In this document: positions 59,375-64,000 of the stretch, in pieces
Position numbering within the stretch: position 1 is the first letter of the stretch
How the letters are laid out: each line of letters begins with the position of its first letter
Source: Octopus sinensis
Taxonomy: Eukaryota
Reading direction: 5' to 3'
NCBI RefSeq assembly: GCF_006345805.1
Contig: NC_043020.1
Span: 9,672,001 to 9,736,000, forward strand
Length of the DNA stretch: 64,000 bases
Notes under the pieces: generated by a model
What the model saw: only the letters and a program-made list of their open reading frames with translations
Told to the model about the DNA's origin: nothing
Database searches by the model: none
Translations under genes and position numbers: made by a program

Positions 59375-59563
59375 GAATCCATCCTACTGGAACCAATGTT
59401 CCAAGTGCCAGGTTCCAACGTGGCATCTGTTCTCATCAACGACTCAGTGGTGCACGGAGGAGAAGAGCCCTCGTATATCACCAAGGATGTCAACTGTACA
59501 GAAGACATGGAAGAGGACGGCGGCTATGAGGAGGCAGAAGAGCTGACAGTCAGAAATCCGTAG
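59375..59563 (+). CDS. CLPX: CLPX coding exon 11 with stop
   Basis: ESILLEPMFQVPGSNVASV...VRNP*. The 11 exons sum to 2040 nt, i.e. 679 aa plus stop. Confidence 0.95.
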   Translation, partial: ESILLEPMFQVPGSNVASVLINDSVVHGGEEPSYITKDVNCTEDMEEDGGYEEAEELTVRNP

Positions 59564-59725
59564 GCTCTCTTTTTTAACCAAACGCCGACGCCCGTCGCCG
59601 TCGCTGTCGTCGACTTGAGGAACGTAGTACTTTATGCCCCCTCCCCCCACACCCCCACCTTAACTGCTGCCCCGCTGCTTACATGTCGCCCGACGCCATA
59701 AGTCTGAGTTTGAGAAAGACTCGAT

Positions 59726-59770
<45 letters not shown>

Positions 59771-60189
59771 ATGTTTGTGTATCTTTGTGGCAGTAGTGGG
59801 GTGGCAAAAAAATAAATTTGAAGAAATTTCTGTAGTTTTTTTTTTTTTTTTTTTTTCCATTTTATATTTCGTTGTACAACCATTGTTATAATAATAATAA
59901 TAATTTTTCTTAAAGAAGAAGAAACAGCCCCAAAAAAATTCTTCCCTCCCTCCACACTTCTCTCTCTCTCTTTTTCTCTTTTACTTTCATCAAAGGAGGA
60001 AGAAAAACTTGATTCTTGTCTCTCGTCTCCAGTGACACTGTGATATGTAATGAAAATCAAGGCAGAAAGGCCTCTGGTGTTATATGATGATGATGATGAT
60101 GATGATTGATGATTGATGAAGTTGGTGGTGGTGGTCGTGGTAGTAGAGAATGTAGTTCATCCGTTTCTCTTTTCTCTCTTTTGACCTCT

Positions 60190-60228
<39 letters not shown>

Positions 60229-62334
60229 AGGGAATATTGTTAAAAAAACAAAAGACCAAACAAAGGTGCCCTAGCATGGCCACACAGCTCGTGAGCTGAA
60301 ACTAGATAAAATGAAAAAAAAATGATAAAAATGAAACAATATAATCAGTTTGTTATACGTTGTTCTATTTTGAATAATTACCCCTTTCTGCTTTTCTCTC
60401 TCTCTCTTTCTCTCTCTCTCTCTCCCTCATACACACATACACACTCACACATTTCTTTCTTACATAACCCATTTCTTGTTTATTCCCATTTCTCTCTCTC
60501 TCTGACACATTACACATTTCTCTCTTTCTCTCTCTCTCTCCTCTCTTACTGTCTCTCACTATCTTTTCACACCTTTCTCTCTCTCTCTCTTTCTGCCTTT
60601 CCTTCTTTCTCTCTTCTTCTATATACCTACAGGGCGGCGAGCTGGCAGAATCGTTAGCACGCCGGGCGAAATGCTTAGCGGTATTTCGTCTGCCGCTACG
60701 TTCTGAGTTCAAATTCCGCCGAGGTCGACTTTACCTTTCATCCTTTCGGGGTCGATTAAATAAGTACCAGTTGCGCACTGGGGTCGATGTAATTGACTTA
60801 ATCCCTTTGTCTGTCCTTGTTTGTTCCCTCTATGTTTAGCCCCTTGTGGGCAATAAAGGAAGGAAAAGGCTTAATTAAGGTTGTGTATCAAAAGGCTTAA
60901 TTAAGGTGGCGAGCTGGCAGAATCGTTAGCACGCCGGGCGAAATGCTTAGCGGTATTCCGTCTGCCGCTACGTTCTGAGTTCAAATTCCGCCGAGGTCGA
61001 CTTTACCTTTCATCCTTTCGGGGTCGATTAAATAAGTACCAGTTACGCACTGGGGTCGATGTAATCGACTTAATCCCTTTCTCTGTCCTTGTTTGGTCCT
61101 TTCTATGTTTAGCCCCTTGTGAGTAGTAAAGAAATATTCTATATATCTACATCCTCTCTCACTCTCTTTCTCTCTCTCTCCTCTTTCTTCTATTTCCAAT
61201 ACTTTTTAATCTCAATCCACCCTTTCCAACTTTTCTGTGTCCTCATGATTCAGAGAAACATTTTTTAGCAACCAGTTATTTCAAGCAGGAACCATGCCAA
61301 AGAATTATGTAACAACATGGTATTATACAAAATTTTTAATCTGGAATTTTACACAAATTTATTTGTGCATTGAAAAAATATCTCTGATTGATTTATTAAT
61401 TTTTATTGATATATTGTTTTACTTATTGATTTTATTTATTGAATATTTTCTATTCCTCTGCCCCAACAGGATTTTCAACCCTTTTTTTCATGGGTCTGTT
61501 GGTTGCAGCAATTACTTAACAGCCTGGCTCCTCTTACTGTTAACCCCTGTGCCAAAGTGGGGTGTGGCCCTTAGTGTTTTCTGTCATCCAGGCAAACTGG
61601 AACAAACAAAGTCTTTCGCTTTCTATTTTGCTAAGGGGTCGCAACGCAATGTTATGGAATTTGAAATTGCCACCATGTGGTAAGTATTCCAGCACCATAA
61701 CCTCACAGCCACTGTGTGTTACCATGTGGTCAGTAGCCATTCCCTTAACATCACAGCCACTGTGTAACCATGTGGTCAAATACCTTAATCACACACCTAC
61801 ATGTGGTCAGTTAGTCCATTATCTTATAAGCACTTAATCTCACATGCACTGTGCTTTTTCAGTGATTGATATATTCCTTTACTTTTTTAAGGATTTAAGA
61901 ATGGTGTGAATCTTAACACAGTTGGAGTTGAATCTCTCATTGTCAGTAACTGACCAAATGTCTTTTAACTGGGACCCATGGCTGCTCCATGTAAAGGTCA
62001 AACTTTTAACATCTTGAACCCATTTCTTTACTACCCACAATGGGCTAAACACAGAGGGAACAAACAAGGACAGACGAATGGATTAAGTCGATTACATCGA
62101 CCCCAGTGCGTAACTGGTACTTAATTTATCGACCCCGAAAGGATGAAAGGCAAAGTTGACCTCGGCGGAATTTGAACTCAGAACGTAACGGCAGACGAGA
62201 TACGGCTACGCATTTTGCCCAGCGTGCCAACGTTTCTGCCAGCTCGCCGCCTTAAACATCTTGAACCAACGAAGGAGACCCAGTGTATACTGGACCCATT
62301 AAAGATAGATGCCATGTCCCTCTTAAAACATGCC

Positions 62335-62730
62335 ATGGCTGTGTGGTAAGTAGCTTGCTAACCAACCACATGGTTCCGGGTTCAGTCCCACTGCGTGGCA
62401 TCTTGGGCAAGTGTCTTCTGCTATAGCCCCGGGCCGACCAATGCCTTGTGAGTGGATTTGGTAGACGGAAACTGAAAGAAGCCTGTCGTATATATGTATA
62501 TGTATATATATATATGTGTGTGTGTGTCTGTGTTTGTCCCCCTAGCATTGCTTGACAACCGATGCTGGTGTGTTTATGTCCCCGTTACTTAGCGGTTCGG
62601 CAAAAGAGACCGATAGAATAAGTCCTGGGCTTACAAAAGAATAAGTCCCGGGGTCGAGTTGCTCGATTAAAGGCGGTGCTCCAGCATGGCCGCAGTCAAA
62701 TGACTGAAACAAGTAAAAGAGTAAAAGAGT
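62335..62730 (+). mobile_element. CORE-like SINE: head, internal (TA)n(TG)n, tail ending (TAAAAGAG)n
   Basis: Contains the CORE-like CCTTGGGCAAGT. Copies at ~1-445 (-), 4196-4567, 20620-21097 (-), 28260-28715, 35000-35365 (-), 36192-37110, 40050-40440 (-), 42075-42488 (-), 44745-45335 (-) and 52855-53525. Confidence 0.88.
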
Positions 62731-64000
62731 ATCCACAGAAACAATAGCAAAGCAGACACAACAGTGCATCACACTGCTCCCTGACTCTTTGAAATCCTGT
62801 CAGGCCCCTCAACCTGTGCCAGCATCGAAGACAAACGTTAAAAGATGATGCTGATGTATACATTGGTCAGTGTAGTCCTAGATATACTATTGAAGACCAC
62901 GTGGCTTAGTGGTTAGGGTATTCGGCTCATAATCATAATATCGTGAGTTCAATTTCCGGCAGTGCGTTGTGTCCTTGAGTAAGACCCTTGTATTTCACAT
63001 TGCTCCAGTCGACTCAGCCTGCAAAAATGAGTTGTACCTGTATTTCAAAAAAGGGCCAGCCTTGTCACATTCTGTGTCCTGCTGAATTTTCATGAGAACT
63101 ACATTAACCCTTTAGCATTTCAACTGGCCATATCTGGCCAAAAGTATTCTGCCTGTTTTATGTTCAAACTGGCCAGATCTGGTCTTTCACACCAACCCTA
63201 CAATATCGTTTTAAAAATTAACATCTGCCTCATCAAATTCTCATAGTTACAAGATAATGCATTTAAACTGGCCATATCCGGCCAAAAGTATTCTGCCTGT
63301 TTTATGTGCAAACTGGCCAGATCTGGTCTTTCACACCAATCCTTAAATTTCATTTTAAAAATTTACATCTGCCTCATCAAATTCTCATAGTTACAAGATA
63401 ATGCATTTAAACTGGCCATAACTAGCCAAAAGTATTCTGCCTGTTTTATGTTCAAACTGGCCAGATCTGGTCTCTCACATCAACCCTACAATATCGTTTT
63501 AAAAATTAACAGCTACCTCAATAAAAAAGGATTCATTTTGGCAGAATAATGCGAACACTAAAGGGTTAAGGGCATAGGGTTTAGGCGGAGAGCTGGCAGA
63601 AACGTTAGCACGCTGGGTGAAATGCTTAACGGTATTTCGCTTGTCGTTACGTTGTGAGTTCAAATTCCGCCGAGGTTGACTTTGCCTTTCATCCTTTCGG
63701 GGTCGATAAATTAAGTACCAGTTACGCACTGGGGTCGATGTAATCGACTTAATACCTATGTCTGTCCTTGTTTGTCCCGTCTATGTTTAGCCCCTTGTGG
63801 GTAATAAAGAAATAGGTTAAGGGCATGCATGTCTGTGGAGTGCTCAACCACTTGCATGTTAATTTTACAAGCAGGCTGTTCTGTTGATTGGGTCAACTGG
63901 GACCCTTCTCATAACTGATGGACTGCCAGGCTCAAAAATTTTTTTTTAGATATACCATTACAACTTATGTTGTAATTGCATATTGATGCGACTACTATGC

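Noticed and set aside
59583-59613. CpG-rich CGCCGACGCCCGTCGCCGTCG run after the CLPX stop as a structured element
   Set aside because: Short, low-complexity trinucleotide-like sequence with no convincing stem or known motif.

Overview
Repeat-dense animal genomic DNA. The SINE, MITE and microsatellite content looks like a coleoid cephalopod (Octopus-like); this is my inference, not a database match. The window has three parts. (1) The first coding exon of the RNA polymerase III subunit RPC7 (POLR3G/POLR3GL) lies at 1894-2007 on the minus strand, and the rest of that gene runs off the left edge. (2) Immediately upstream of it is a ~20-kb array of initiator tRNA-Met genes (2.6-22.7 kb): 11 fully paired copies, 3 mild variants (one with a CGT anticodon), about 10 relics and one tRNA-Asn(GTT). 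The array is built from a repeated unit with two flank classes and a conserved -41/-44 upstream motif. (3) An 11-coding-exon mitochondrial CLPX gene (41927-59563, plus strand, ~679 aa) has a predicted GC-AG intron, a NAGNAG acceptor and a polyQ tract. Interspersed are several tRNA-derived SINE families, GG-ended MITEs with 8-bp TSDs, TTAA MITEs, non-autonomous Helitrons, mariner, CR1 and CRE-like fragments, Penelope-type hammerhead remnants, satellites and several long fold-back palindromes. The lead candidate for a new system is a Pol III subunit gene directly coupled to an expanding array of Pol III templates (tRNA-iMet), possibly sharing a bidirectional promoter with CLPX. All calls were made by eye; TE boundaries are approximate unless a TSD is quoted.
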